Shown: positions 42,250 through 50,827 of the stretch, in pieces | How positions within the stretch are numbered: position 1 is the stretch's first letter | Layout: each line of letters starts with the position of its first letter | From: an uncultured Clostridia bacterium | GTDB lineage: Bacteria > Bacillota > Clostridia > TANB77 > CAG-508 | DNA: 64,000 bases | Direction: 5' to 3' | Assembly (NCBI GenBank): GCA_904381285.1 | Contig: CAJFII010000011.1 | Coordinates: 275-64,274 of the forward strand | Notes under the pieces: generated by a model | The model's database searches: none | Seen by the model: only the letters and a program-made list of their open reading frames with translations | Told to the model about the DNA's origin: nothing | Translations under genes and position numbers: made by a program

Positions 42250-43329
42250 ATGAAGATATTAGTATTATCATGCAGTACAGGTGGAGGACACAATGCCTGT
42301 GGACATTATATTGAAAAAGAATTTAAAGAGAATAATATTGTATGTGATTTTGTTGATTATTTTGATATTTTTAGTCCTAAAGCAAAAGAAAGATCTGAAA
42401 AAATATACCTAGGAACAACCAAATATAATGGTAGTATATTTAAGTTAGTTTATAAATTGGGAGAAGTATATAGTAAAACAGGAATTACTAGTCCTGTTTA
42501 TGGTTTGAATAAACTAAGCAAAAATAAGCTTTATTCATATATTAAAGATAATAATTACGATTTAATTATTTCTCCTCATTTATTTCCAGCAATGGCAGTA
42601 ACTATGTTAAAAAAAGAAAATATAGATATAAAACTTATCAATGTGGCTACAGATTATCATGTTATCCCATTTTGGGAAGAGACAGAACCAGATTATTTTG
42701 TTATTCCTCATAGTAGTTTAAAAGAAGAGTTTATAAAAAAAGGTTTTAAAGAGGAAATATTATTAGACTTTGGGATACCTGTTGCTAGTTCATTCCATAA
42801 AGTAAGAAGTGATCTTAATCTACCAACAAATAAAGATATTGTTTTAATTACATCTGGCAGTATGGGATTTGGAAAAATGAAAAATATTGTTAAAGCTTTA
42901 TTGGAATATATACCAAATATATTTGTTGTTGCAATTTGTGGAAATAATAAAGAACTATATACTGAATTAAAAGAAATAGATAACCCAAACCTTTTAGTTA
43001 AAGGATATGTAAATAATATAAATGAGTATATTGCAGCTAGTACAATTGTTTTAACAAAACCTGGAGGACTTACAAGTACAGAAGTTGGAGTAATAAGAAA
43101 ACCAATGATTCATATAATGCCAATACCAGGTGTTGAAAATTATAATGCTGAGTTCTTTTATAAAAATGGTCTTAGTTTAGTATCAAATAATGTTGAAGAG
43201 GTAAAAATGAATACTGCTAAGCTATTAAAAGATAAAAATATGCAAAATATGATGATTGAAAATCAATCTAAAATTATAAATAGAAATTCAGCAAAAGCTT
43301 TAGTAGACTTTGTGTTAAATAACTTTTAG
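42250..43329 (+). CDS. GT28-family diacylglycerol glycosyltransferase (MGDG synthase/UgtP-like)
   Basis: MKILVLSCSTGGGHNACG N-terminus and LTKPGGLTSTEVGVIRKPMIHIMPIPGVENYNAEFF C-terminal motif. Confidence 0.7.
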   Translation: MKILVLSCSTGGGHNACGHYIEKEFKENNIVCDFVDYFDIFSPKAKERSEKIYLGTTKYNGSIFKLVYKLGEVYSKTGITSPVYGLNKLSKNKLYSYIKDNNYDLIISPHLFPAMAVTMLKKENIDIKLINVATDYHVIPFWEETEPDYFVIPHSSLKEEFIKKGFKEEILLDFGIPVASSFHKVRSDLNLPTNKDIVLITSGSMGFGKMKNIVKALLEYIPNIFVVAICGNNKELYTELKEIDNPNLLVKGYVNNINEYIAASTIVLTKPGGLTSTEVGVIRKPMIHIMPIPGVENYNAEFFYKNGLSLVSNNVEEVKMNTAKLLKDKNMQNMMIENQSKIINRNSAKALVDFVLNNF

Positions 43330-43354
43330 GGCATCCATAAAGTTTAAAAGAATA

Positions 43355-43380
43355 AGCGGACCCATTACAACAGGTCCGCT
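43355..43380. terminator. GC-rich hairpin terminator (serves the minus-strand gene, possibly both)
   Basis: AGCGGACC / GGTCCGCT stem. A T-rich tract follows on the minus strand. Confidence 0.55.
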
Positions 43381-43389
43381 ATTAAAGAA

Positions 43390-44153
43390 TTAATTCAATG
43401 ACCGAAGAATATCAGCTAAAATATAAAAAGCTATTTCATCTTTTAATATAAGCACTAATGCTCTACCGTCATCAGAGAAGATAAGTCCACAATTATATCT
43501 TTTACGTATTTTTAATAATGTTTTTTCTAATGTATTGTCATAAAATTTTTCGTAAAAAACTATTTCTATTATTTCGTCATGTAGTATAAAAGATAATTTT
43601 TCAATGTATGAAATTTTGTTTTCAGAATCTGCTATTTCATGTACTTTTTTTAATACTTTTTTATACAATCTTGAAATATAGCTTTGAGATAACTTCAAGA
43701 TTGCTGCAATTTCTTTTTGTGTTTTTTTAGATAAACTAAGTAGAAAAATCATATTTTCTCTTAAGGAAAAAGTATTTAAACAAATTGTAATTATGTGGGA
43801 AATTAAATTTTTATCAAAATATAATTCCTCAAAATTATTAGAGTCTGTAATAATATCCGTGAGAGTTAATTCGTTTCCTTCAATATTTGTGGATAAAACA
43901 GTTTCTAATGATAATACACAATTTTGTTTTTTTAATTTTCTTAAGTACATTAATATTTCATTTTCTATACAATGTGAAGCATAAGATATAAATTTTACTC
44001 CTTTCTCAGGGTTAAAAGTACTGGAAGCCTTTAATAAGCCAATACAACCTACTGAAAAAAATTCTTCATAAGCTCTTTTTCTTCTTCTTTTGTTAGAGGG
44101 GGCGGCAAAGTCATACTATTGTATAATCCATGTGTATGATTTTCGCTTGTCAT
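43390..44153 (-). pseudogene. decayed sporulation-type (SigE/SigK/SigG-like) sigma-70 factor gene
   Basis: The ATG at 44153 follows AAGGAGG and gives MTSENHTHGLYNSMTLPPPLTKEEEKELMKNFFQ*. The next frame continues SVGCIGLLKASSTFNPEKGVKFISYASHCIENEILMYLRK (regions 2.3/2.4), then GNELTLTD and TQKEIAAILKLSQSYISRLYKK (region 4). Regions 2.1-2.2 are absent, there is a frameshift at a T7 run, and an extra ~80-aa C-terminal tail. Confidence 0.6.
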
Positions 44154-44327
44154 TTGAAAACCTCCTTACTTAAATTGTTAAATAAAACCAATTTTTTTAT
44201 AAAGCTGGATATACCATTAATAAATATTTTATCAATATCTAAATTATTTTTCAAGAAAAATCAAACTATCAAAAGACACAAATAAATAGATAAAATAAGG
44301 AAAAAAGCTGTACAAAACTTACAATTA

Positions 44328-44357
44328 TTGACATTATGTTAATATCTGTGATATAAT
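44328..44357 (+). promoter_or_regulatory. promoter of the Spo0A-C gene
   Basis: TTGACA, 18-nt spacer, then TGaTATAAT (extended -10). Confidence 0.6.
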
Positions 44358-44390
44358 TATATTGTCAAAAAATGAAAGGAGTAAGACAAA

Positions 44391-44894
44391 ATGACACAAG
44401 AAGAACGGCAGGAGCTCATATTTGAGCTAAAAACTATTACTAACAGTATGAACCGAATCATACAATTGTTGGATGAAAAAATTGAGGAGGATGATAAAGA
44501 ATTTCTAGAAGAGAGTAATGAAAATTCCAGTGGACATGAAGACTCTAATTTGGAAATAAAAGTAACTAAGCTAATACGCGAGTTTGGAATTCCAGCTAAT
44601 ATTAAGGGATACTACTATATTAGAGAAGCACTCATTACCTCTTATGAAAATCCAAGTATGATGGAGATGATTACAAAGAAACTCTACCCAAGTATAGCAA
44701 GAACCTATGAGACTACTCCATCAAGAGTAGAACGTGCTATACGGCATGCAATAGAAATTTCGGCGACTAGAGGAAATAGGGAAACTTGGGCTAACTTGTT
44801 CGGTTATATTCCTGACTCGAAAAAGAAAATTCCTAGCAATAGCGAATTTATTGCGATATTGCTTGATTATTTAAGAGTTTATAAATGTGTCTAG
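44391..44894 (+). CDS. stand-alone Spo0A C-terminal (DNA-binding) domain protein, no receiver domain
   Basis: GIPANIKGYYYIREAL, ITKKLYPSIARTYETTPSRVERAIRHAIE, LFGY and PSNSEFIAILLDYL match the Spo0A_C signature. The N-terminal 55 aa are a short helical/acidic region instead of a CheY-like receiver. Confidence 0.85.
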   Translation: MTQEERQELIFELKTITNSMNRIIQLLDEKIEEDDKEFLEESNENSSGHEDSNLEIKVTKLIREFGIPANIKGYYYIREALITSYENPSMMEMITKKLYPSIARTYETTPSRVERAIRHAIEISATRGNRETWANLFGYIPDSKKKIPSNSEFIAILLDYLRVYKCV

Positions 44895-44898
44895 GAAC

Positions 44899-44927
44899 AG
44901 GCACCACCGGTTATTGGTGGTGCTTTT
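44899..44927 (+). terminator. GC-rich rho-independent terminator
   Basis: GCACCACC-GGTTATT-GGTGGTGC followed by TTTT. Confidence 0.8.
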
Positions 44928-45028
44928 CCTATTATGGATAATTTAAAAAATATTGAAAAACAATAAAAAAATATTGACAAACAAAAAATATAAGTATATA
45001 CTTGTTCACAAATAGGAGGATAGAATAA

Positions 45029-45565
45029 ATGAAAATTTTAGGAGAAAAAAGTTTGTCATCAAAAGTAAAAGTAGGTCTAGAAGTACTATTTGTTATCATA
45101 GCATTATTGGATATTGTAATATTTGCTACTATAGGAAATATAGTATTATCAGAGAGTAAAGACATTGTATTTAAAAATTATCTGTCAGAAATAGTACTAA
45201 TAACAATAATATCTGTAGTTTTGTGTTTGACTGGCCTAGTAGCACTTTATATTATTTATCAATTTATTAAAATATTTAAAAACCTAAAACAAAACAAGTT
45301 ATTTGAAAATGAAAATACAAAATACTTAAATAAAATAGCACTATTTTCTATTATTATTAGTGTTTTATATTTAATAATTTTGATAGGAATAAGTATTACT
45401 TTAAATAAATCTTTACAATTTAGCCAATTAGATGCAATTTTAATTAAAGTAATAATAGGTGTATTTTTTATGGGATTTTTAGTATTTGGAATCGGAATTA
45501 AAATTTTAAATGAGATTTATAAAAAAGCAATTGAGTACAAAGAAGAAAATGAATTAACAGTTTAA
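45029..45565 (+). CDS. DUF2975-like membrane protein
   Basis: Four to five TM helices. Typical pairing with a downstream 67-aa HTH gene. Promoter TTGACA-17-TATACT at 44974-45002. Confidence 0.5.
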   Translation: MKILGEKSLSSKVKVGLEVLFVIIALLDIVIFATIGNIVLSESKDIVFKNYLSEIVLITIISVVLCLTGLVALYIIYQFIKIFKNLKQNKLFENENTKYLNKIALFSIIISVLYLIILIGISITLNKSLQFSQLDAILIKVIIGVFFMGFLVFGIGIKILNEIYKKAIEYKEENELTV

Positions 45566-45585
45566 ATTAGGAGGAAGATGTATAA

Positions 45586-45789
45586 ATGGCAATAATAGTG
45601 AATGTAGATGTAATGCTAGCAAAAAGAAAAATGTCTTCACAAGAGCTAGCCCAAAAAGTTGGAATTACTCCTGCAAATCTTTCAATATTAAAAACGAATA
45701 AAGCAAAAGCAATAAGATTTTCTACTTTAGACAAAATATGTGAAGTTCTAGATTGTAAACCAGGAGATATTTTAGATTATAAAAAATAA
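45586..45789 (+). CDS. small XRE/YozG-like HTH transcriptional regulator
   Basis: MLAKRKMSSQELAQKVGITPANLSILKTNKAKAIRFSTLDKICEVLDCKPGDIL. Confidence 0.85.
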   Translation: MAIIVNVDVMLAKRKMSSQELAQKVGITPANLSILKTNKAKAIRFSTLDKICEVLDCKPGDILDYKK

Positions 45790-45810
45790 AGTATAAGGAG
45801 AATATGTTGT

Positions 45811-47274
45811 ATGGAAATTATAGGAAGTTTAATAATATCAATATCTCAGTCCATATTATTTTATGGAAAAGAAATTGGAATTTCAATGATAATATTTATT
45901 CTAATTGCAAATGGAATAATAGGATATATATTAAATAGAAAAAATAAGATAAAAAACAAGAAGGCTTTTTTATTAATGATACCAATAATGCTATTGAGTA
46001 GTACATATTTCATTTTTTCAAATACAATATTTCATATTGCTAATTTTGGTATAATAATTTTATTAAATTTGTTAATGTATTTAATTGTTACAGATAAAAA
46101 GAAATATTTCATGGATTATATATATAGTATATTTGAAATAGTAGCAAATACGGTTTTTGAAGTTAAAGATAGTTTGGAATTTACAAAAAATAAAGCAAAA
46201 AAGAATATTAATACAAATCATAAAATAGATATAAATAGTATTAAAAAAATTGGGATTTCTTTTTTAATTGTATTTGCTATAGTGGGTGTAGTTATCATTT
46301 TACTTGCTTCTGCTGATAGTTTGTTTGCAGAAATATTTTCAGGAATTGGCGATATGCTAAAAAATATAAATGTTGGAAATGTATTTAGTTTGATATTAAG
46401 ACTTGTAATTATAGTACTAATATATTTTCTATGTTTAAATTTTATATTAAAAATACAAGAAATGAAATATAAAGAAAAACAGCAGATAAAAGAAAAAAGT
46501 GATAAATATAATTTTACAATTAAATTATTATTAATAGCTTTAAATATTGTATATTTGGTATTTTGCTATATTCAAGTTAAATCTTTATTTGCGAAAATAA
46601 ACTTAGATAGTACATTTAATTATGCTGAATATGCAAGAAGTGGATTTTTTCAACTAATGTTCGTATCACTTATAAACTTTGTGGTTATTTTAATATCAAC
46701 TCAATGGAATGTAAAAAAAGAAAAAATTATAAAAATATTAGACTTACTTTTAATAATATTTACAATAATTATAGTATTATCTTCTATGTTTAGAATGTAT
46801 ATGTATGAAGCGGAATTTGGATTGACTTATTTAAGGATTTTTGTTTATATTATCTTATTAACAGAATTAATTATATTTATTCCAACCACAATTTATATAT
46901 TTAATACAAAATTAGATTTATTAAAATGGTATGCGACAATACTAATGTGTGTATATGTAGTGGCTAATTTTGCTAATATAGAAAGAATAATTATATACAA
47001 AAATCTTAACAAGAATACAAGTGAAGTACCAATCGATTATGAATATATATCTAAAATTGCAACTGAAGGTAGTTATGATATTTTAAAAGAACAATCACAG
47101 AAAGAGGATGTAGATACAAAAGAAAAATTAAAATTAACAAGAATATTATTAAAAATTGTAAACAATGAAGAAAAAATGAAATGGCAAGAATTTAATATAT
47201 CAAAATATAAATTGCAAAATGAAAAAGACAATATTCGGAGATTTAGAAAATCAAATACTACAATTAGAAAATAA
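45811..47274 (+). CDS. DUF4153/DUF4173-like polytopic membrane protein
   Basis: More than 10 TM helices. EAEFGLTYLRIFVYIIL motif. Confidence 0.5.
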   Translation: MEIIGSLIISISQSILFYGKEIGISMIIFILIANGIIGYILNRKNKIKNKKAFLLMIPIMLLSSTYFIFSNTIFHIANFGIIILLNLLMYLIVTDKKKYFMDYIYSIFEIVANTVFEVKDSLEFTKNKAKKNINTNHKIDINSIKKIGISFLIVFAIVGVVIILLASADSLFAEIFSGIGDMLKNINVGNVFSLILRLVIIVLIYFLCLNFILKIQEMKYKEKQQIKEKSDKYNFTIKLLLIALNIVYLVFCYIQVKSLFAKINLDSTFNYAEYARSGFFQLMFVSLINFVVILISTQWNVKKEKIIKILDLLLIIFTIIIVLSSMFRMYMYEAEFGLTYLRIFVYIILLTELIIFIPTTIYIFNTKLDLLKWYATILMCVYVVANFANIERIIIYKNLNKNTSEVPIDYEYISKIATEGSYDILKEQSQKEDVDTKEKLKLTRILLKIVNNEEKMKWQEFNISKYKLQNEKDNIRRFRKSNTTIRK

Positions 47275-47821
47275 GCGTACAGAAGAAAGAAGAATTGAAA
47301 GAATAAAAAACGAAATCGAAACTAAAAACTATATTTATAATGAAAAAATAAATGAAAATGAACAATATGCAGTAGAACAAATAGATAGCACCATGGGAGA
47401 TGCGGTATGGTCAATTGAAAAAATAACTGATAATGGAACGAAATATACCAAAATAAATACAATAAATGTAACAACTCCAAGTAAAATAAAATTCTTTGAA
47501 AATGGATTAGGATTTTTAGAAAGACCAACTAGTATATATTGTGGAAAAGCAGATTTATTAGTAACTCATGATTCAGGAAAAACATTTCATAAAATAGATT
47601 TTCCAACTGGTACTTTTACTTTATCTGACTCAGAAGGAAAAGATTGGGAAGAATGTTATGATTATTTTTATCTACCAACATTAGAAGATGATGGAACTTT
47701 AACTGTACTAGCATCTGGAGGATATGAAGGTGGATACAACCAAGGAAAAACAAGAGCCAAATATATTTCAAAAGATAATGGATATACTTGGCAATTTATA
47801 TCAGAAATTTATACGAAATAA
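47219..47821 (+). CDS. BNR/Asp-box repeat protein
   Basis: Asp-box-like THDSGKTF and SKDNGYTWQ. Overlaps the previous gene by 56 nt, so the true start is uncertain. Confidence 0.45.
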   Translation: MKKTIFGDLENQILQLENKRTEERRIERIKNEIETKNYIYNEKINENEQYAVEQIDSTMGDAVWSIEKITDNGTKYTKINTINVTTPSKIKFFENGLGFLERPTSIYCGKADLLVTHDSGKTFHKIDFPTGTFTLSDSEGKDWEECYDYFYLPTLEDDGTLTVLASGGYEGGYNQGKTRAKYISKDNGYTWQFISEIYTK

Positions 47822-47861
47822 ATATCTTACAATATTTATTTGAAAAAAGATACAAAAATCG

Positions 47862-47896
47862 GAGAAAAGGTCACAATTTGTGACCTTTTCTCTTTT
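47862..47896 (+). terminator. rho-independent terminator
   Basis: GAGAAAAGGTCACAA / TTGTGACCTTTTCTC stem plus TTTT. Confidence 0.8.
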
Positions 47897-48037
47897 ATAT
47901 AAGAACTTATTAGAGTGAATTTAAATAAACCAAAGCTGTTTTTTAGCTCAAAAAATATGTATAACATATAGATAATTTTTGGAAAGTATGATATAGTTTG
48001 TTTTAAATAAGAATGTTAAAAAGAAAAAGAGGTACAA

Positions 48038-49480
48038 ATGGAAAAAATAGAAAAAGAATTGAATTTAAAAACAGTATTTATAATACTTTGTATATGTTTT
48101 ATTAGTCCATCTATAGTATATTTGATTTCTGGGAAAAAGATTTTTGATTTAATTTCTACGTTTACGTTTTTTTATACATATCCAACAGGAAAGTTAACTC
48201 CAGCAAAGCTATTAGGAACAATATTTTTTGTTGGTATATTTTTAGGAATTGCATTTGTTTATTTTAAAATATTAAAAAATCATAAAACAATTTTTAAGAA
48301 AAAAGAAGATATAGCTAAATTTGTTTTAATAGTAAGTATAATCTTTTTTATAATGTTACCATTAACAAGTACAGATGTATTTTATTATATAGGGACAGGT
48401 TGGAGTGAAGCTCACTATGGTATAAACCCATATTATACTACAGTAAGTGAAGTGCTACAGCAAAACGAAGAAGCAAAAACAGATGAAATACTCTTAAAAA
48501 TGCAAAATACGTGGAGTGATCAAACAATAGTATATGGACCAATATGGCCATTCATTTGTAAAATTTTAAGTGGATTATCTATGGGTAATTTAACTTTGGC
48601 CTTATTTATTTATAAATTGTTTAATCTAATTTTACATTTAGTAAATACATATTTAGTTCATAAAATAACTAAAGGTAAGAACATATTTACATTAATGTAT
48701 GCATTAAATCCATTATTACTATTTGATGGAATTACAAATGTACACAATGAAATGTTAGTTATATTCTTTATTTTAACTGCATTATATTTCTTTATTAGAA
48801 AAAAGAATATTTTCTTAACAGTAATATTTTTTGCACTAGCAACAGCAGTAAAATATTTTGCTATATTATTAATACCATTTATCATTTTATACCATTATAG
48901 AAAAGAGAAACCATTAAAAAAGATAGCATATTCTGCTTTATGGGCACTACTATTCATTGTGGTATTAGTAGGATGTTATTTATTATATATGAGAGATGCA
49001 GAAGTATTAAAAGGAATAATGACACAGCAAGGAAAGTTTTCTAATTCTATATTTATATATTTAGCTATACGTAATATAGATTTAGCACTAACTGTATCAA
49101 GAGGCTTTATGTTAGCATTTGTTATAATTTATATAGCAAATATAGTAAAATTAATATTTACAAAACAAAATTATTCCTTCCAAGAATATATTAGAAAATA
49201 TAATTGGCTATTAGCTTTATTTATATTTGCAACAATAACAAATTTTCAAAGCTGGTATACATTGTGGTTATTACCAACAATTTTCTGGCAAAGTTCAAAA
49301 AATATAAAGAGAATATTAAATTTAACAATTATAGTGGAAGTTTCAAATGTAGTATTTTTCTTGCTTTATGAGAGATTTACGTATTGCCAACTCTATGTAG
49401 CTTTAGTGATAATACTATATTTATTATCAATTGAATTAGAAAAAATTAACGAAAATAGGAGATTAGTTTTAGAAAAATGA
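48038..49480 (+). CDS. polytopic membrane protein, GT-C-like (DUF2029-type) putative glycosyltransferase
   Basis: An early loop (SKDVFYYIGTGWSEAHYGINPYY ... VYGPIWPF) resembles the DUF2029/GT87 pattern. More than 10 TM helices. Confidence 0.45.
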   Translation: MEKIEKELNLKTVFIILCICFISPSIVYLISGKKIFDLISTFTFFYTYPTGKLTPAKLLGTIFFVGIFLGIAFVYFKILKNHKTIFKKKEDIAKFVLIVSIIFFIMLPLTSTDVFYYIGTGWSEAHYGINPYYTTVSEVLQQNEEAKTDEILLKMQNTWSDQTIVYGPIWPFICKILSGLSMGNLTLALFIYKLFNLILHLVNTYLVHKITKGKNIFTLMYALNPLLLFDGITNVHNEMLVIFFILTALYFFIRKKNIFLTVIFFALATAVKYFAILLIPFIILYHYRKEKPLKKIAYSALWALLFIVVLVGCYLLYMRDAEVLKGIMTQQGKFSNSIFIYLAIRNIDLALTVSRGFMLAFVIIYIANIVKLIFTKQNYSFQEYIRKYNWLLALFIFATITNFQSWYTLWLLPTIFWQSSKNIKRILNLTIIVEVSNVVFFLLYERFTYCQLYVALVIILYLLSIELEKINENRRLVLEK

Positions 49481-50790
49481 AAAGCATATTAAAACATATT
49501 GGAGTAATGATTACACTCTTAATAATATATATGTCCAGCTTATTTTTAACATCATTAATTCCAAGAGATTCTATAAAAGAAAATGTAAAAGAAACTGCAC
49601 AAATATTAAATGAACAGACTAATCAAGTATTTATAAAATCAATATTAAAAAACAAAGATATCAAATATGACAATTATACTGATGCCTTGCTGATAAATAC
49701 AGCATATTCAATTGATGAAAACAGTCCTTTAGAATCAAGCCTTCTCTGCCGAAAGAATTATATACCAGGAATTACAAAAATAGTATTTCCAGATACAGCA
49801 TCAGAGCTAAAATCCGCATCTAAATATAAAGAATTAGACCAAGTTGGAGAATTGAATGATACAGTTAATAATGATATAGAGGAATCATTTGAATATGCAA
49901 GATATTGGCATGGATATCTAGTTATACTTAGAATTTTACTATGTTTCTTTAATATTAATACTATAAGAATTATATTTATAACTTTATTCATAATGTTATT
50001 AGCATGGCTTTTATATTTAATATATAAGAAACTAGATATATATACAGCACTAATATTTTTAGTGGCATTCATAGGTATAGAATATTTAAAAATAGGATTT
50101 GCCTTACAAAGTAGCAGTGTATTTTTTATAATGATTATATCTAGCATATATTTGGTGTATAGATATGATAAAATAAAAAATTTTACAATTCTATTTCTAG
50201 TTATAGGTTCACTTGCTAGCTTTTTTGACCTTCTAACAGTACCATTAATAACACTTGGAATACCATTTACTCTATTCTTTTTACTAAAGCAAAAAGAAAA
50301 AGAATTATCATTTAAAGAAACTATAATATGGATATTTAAACTAGCATTAAGTTGGGGAATTGGATATGTAGTAACATGGATTTCTAAATGGATTATTGTA
50401 GATATTATTTGTGATAGAAATGTTTTTGAAATATCAATAGAACAATTTTTATATAGAAGTACAGGAAACAATGTAAAATTTATAGATACATTTTTTACAA
50501 ACTATTACTATATTAGAGGCTTTATAATAGTTGCATCAATAATTTCATTAATATATATAATTAAAAATGCTAAAAAGTTTACAAATAAGGTAGAGTTTGT
50601 AAGAACAATTCCTTATATAACTGTAACTATTATGCCTATAGTATGGTATTTCATATTAAAACAACATTCATTCCAACATTTCTTTTTTACATATAGAAAT
50701 ACAGTATTGTTAGTAATAGGAATATCACTAATTATAAAAAATTTATTTAAAGAAGATAGTAATATAAAAAGACTAGTAGAGAAGACTTAA
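49477..50790 (+). CDS. polytopic membrane protein, translationally coupled to the previous gene
   Basis: ATGA overlap at 49477-49480. More than 8 TM helices. No motif recognised. Confidence 0.45.
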   Translation: MKSILKHIGVMITLLIIYMSSLFLTSLIPRDSIKENVKETAQILNEQTNQVFIKSILKNKDIKYDNYTDALLINTAYSIDENSPLESSLLCRKNYIPGITKIVFPDTASELKSASKYKELDQVGELNDTVNNDIEESFEYARYWHGYLVILRILLCFFNINTIRIIFITLFIMLLAWLLYLIYKKLDIYTALIFLVAFIGIEYLKIGFALQSSSVFFIMIISSIYLVYRYDKIKNFTILFLVIGSLASFFDLLTVPLITLGIPFTLFFLLKQKEKELSFKETIIWIFKLALSWGIGYVVTWISKWIIVDIICDRNVFEISIEQFLYRSTGNNVKFIDTFFTNYYYIRGFIIVASIISLIYIIKNAKKFTNKVEFVRTIPYITVTIMPIVWYFILKQHSFQHFFFTYRNTVLLVIGISLIIKNLFKEDSNIKRLVEKT

Positions 50791-50827
50791 AAAACAAATA
50801 GAACAATAAAAAGGAGTTGTATAATTA

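Noticed and set aside
43390-44153. Sigma gene split by a skin-like element (a serine recombinase is present in the window).
   Set aside because: The N-terminal stub and the region 2.3-4 part are directly adjacent. The defect is an internal deletion plus frameshift, not an insertion. The recombinase is 43 kb away.
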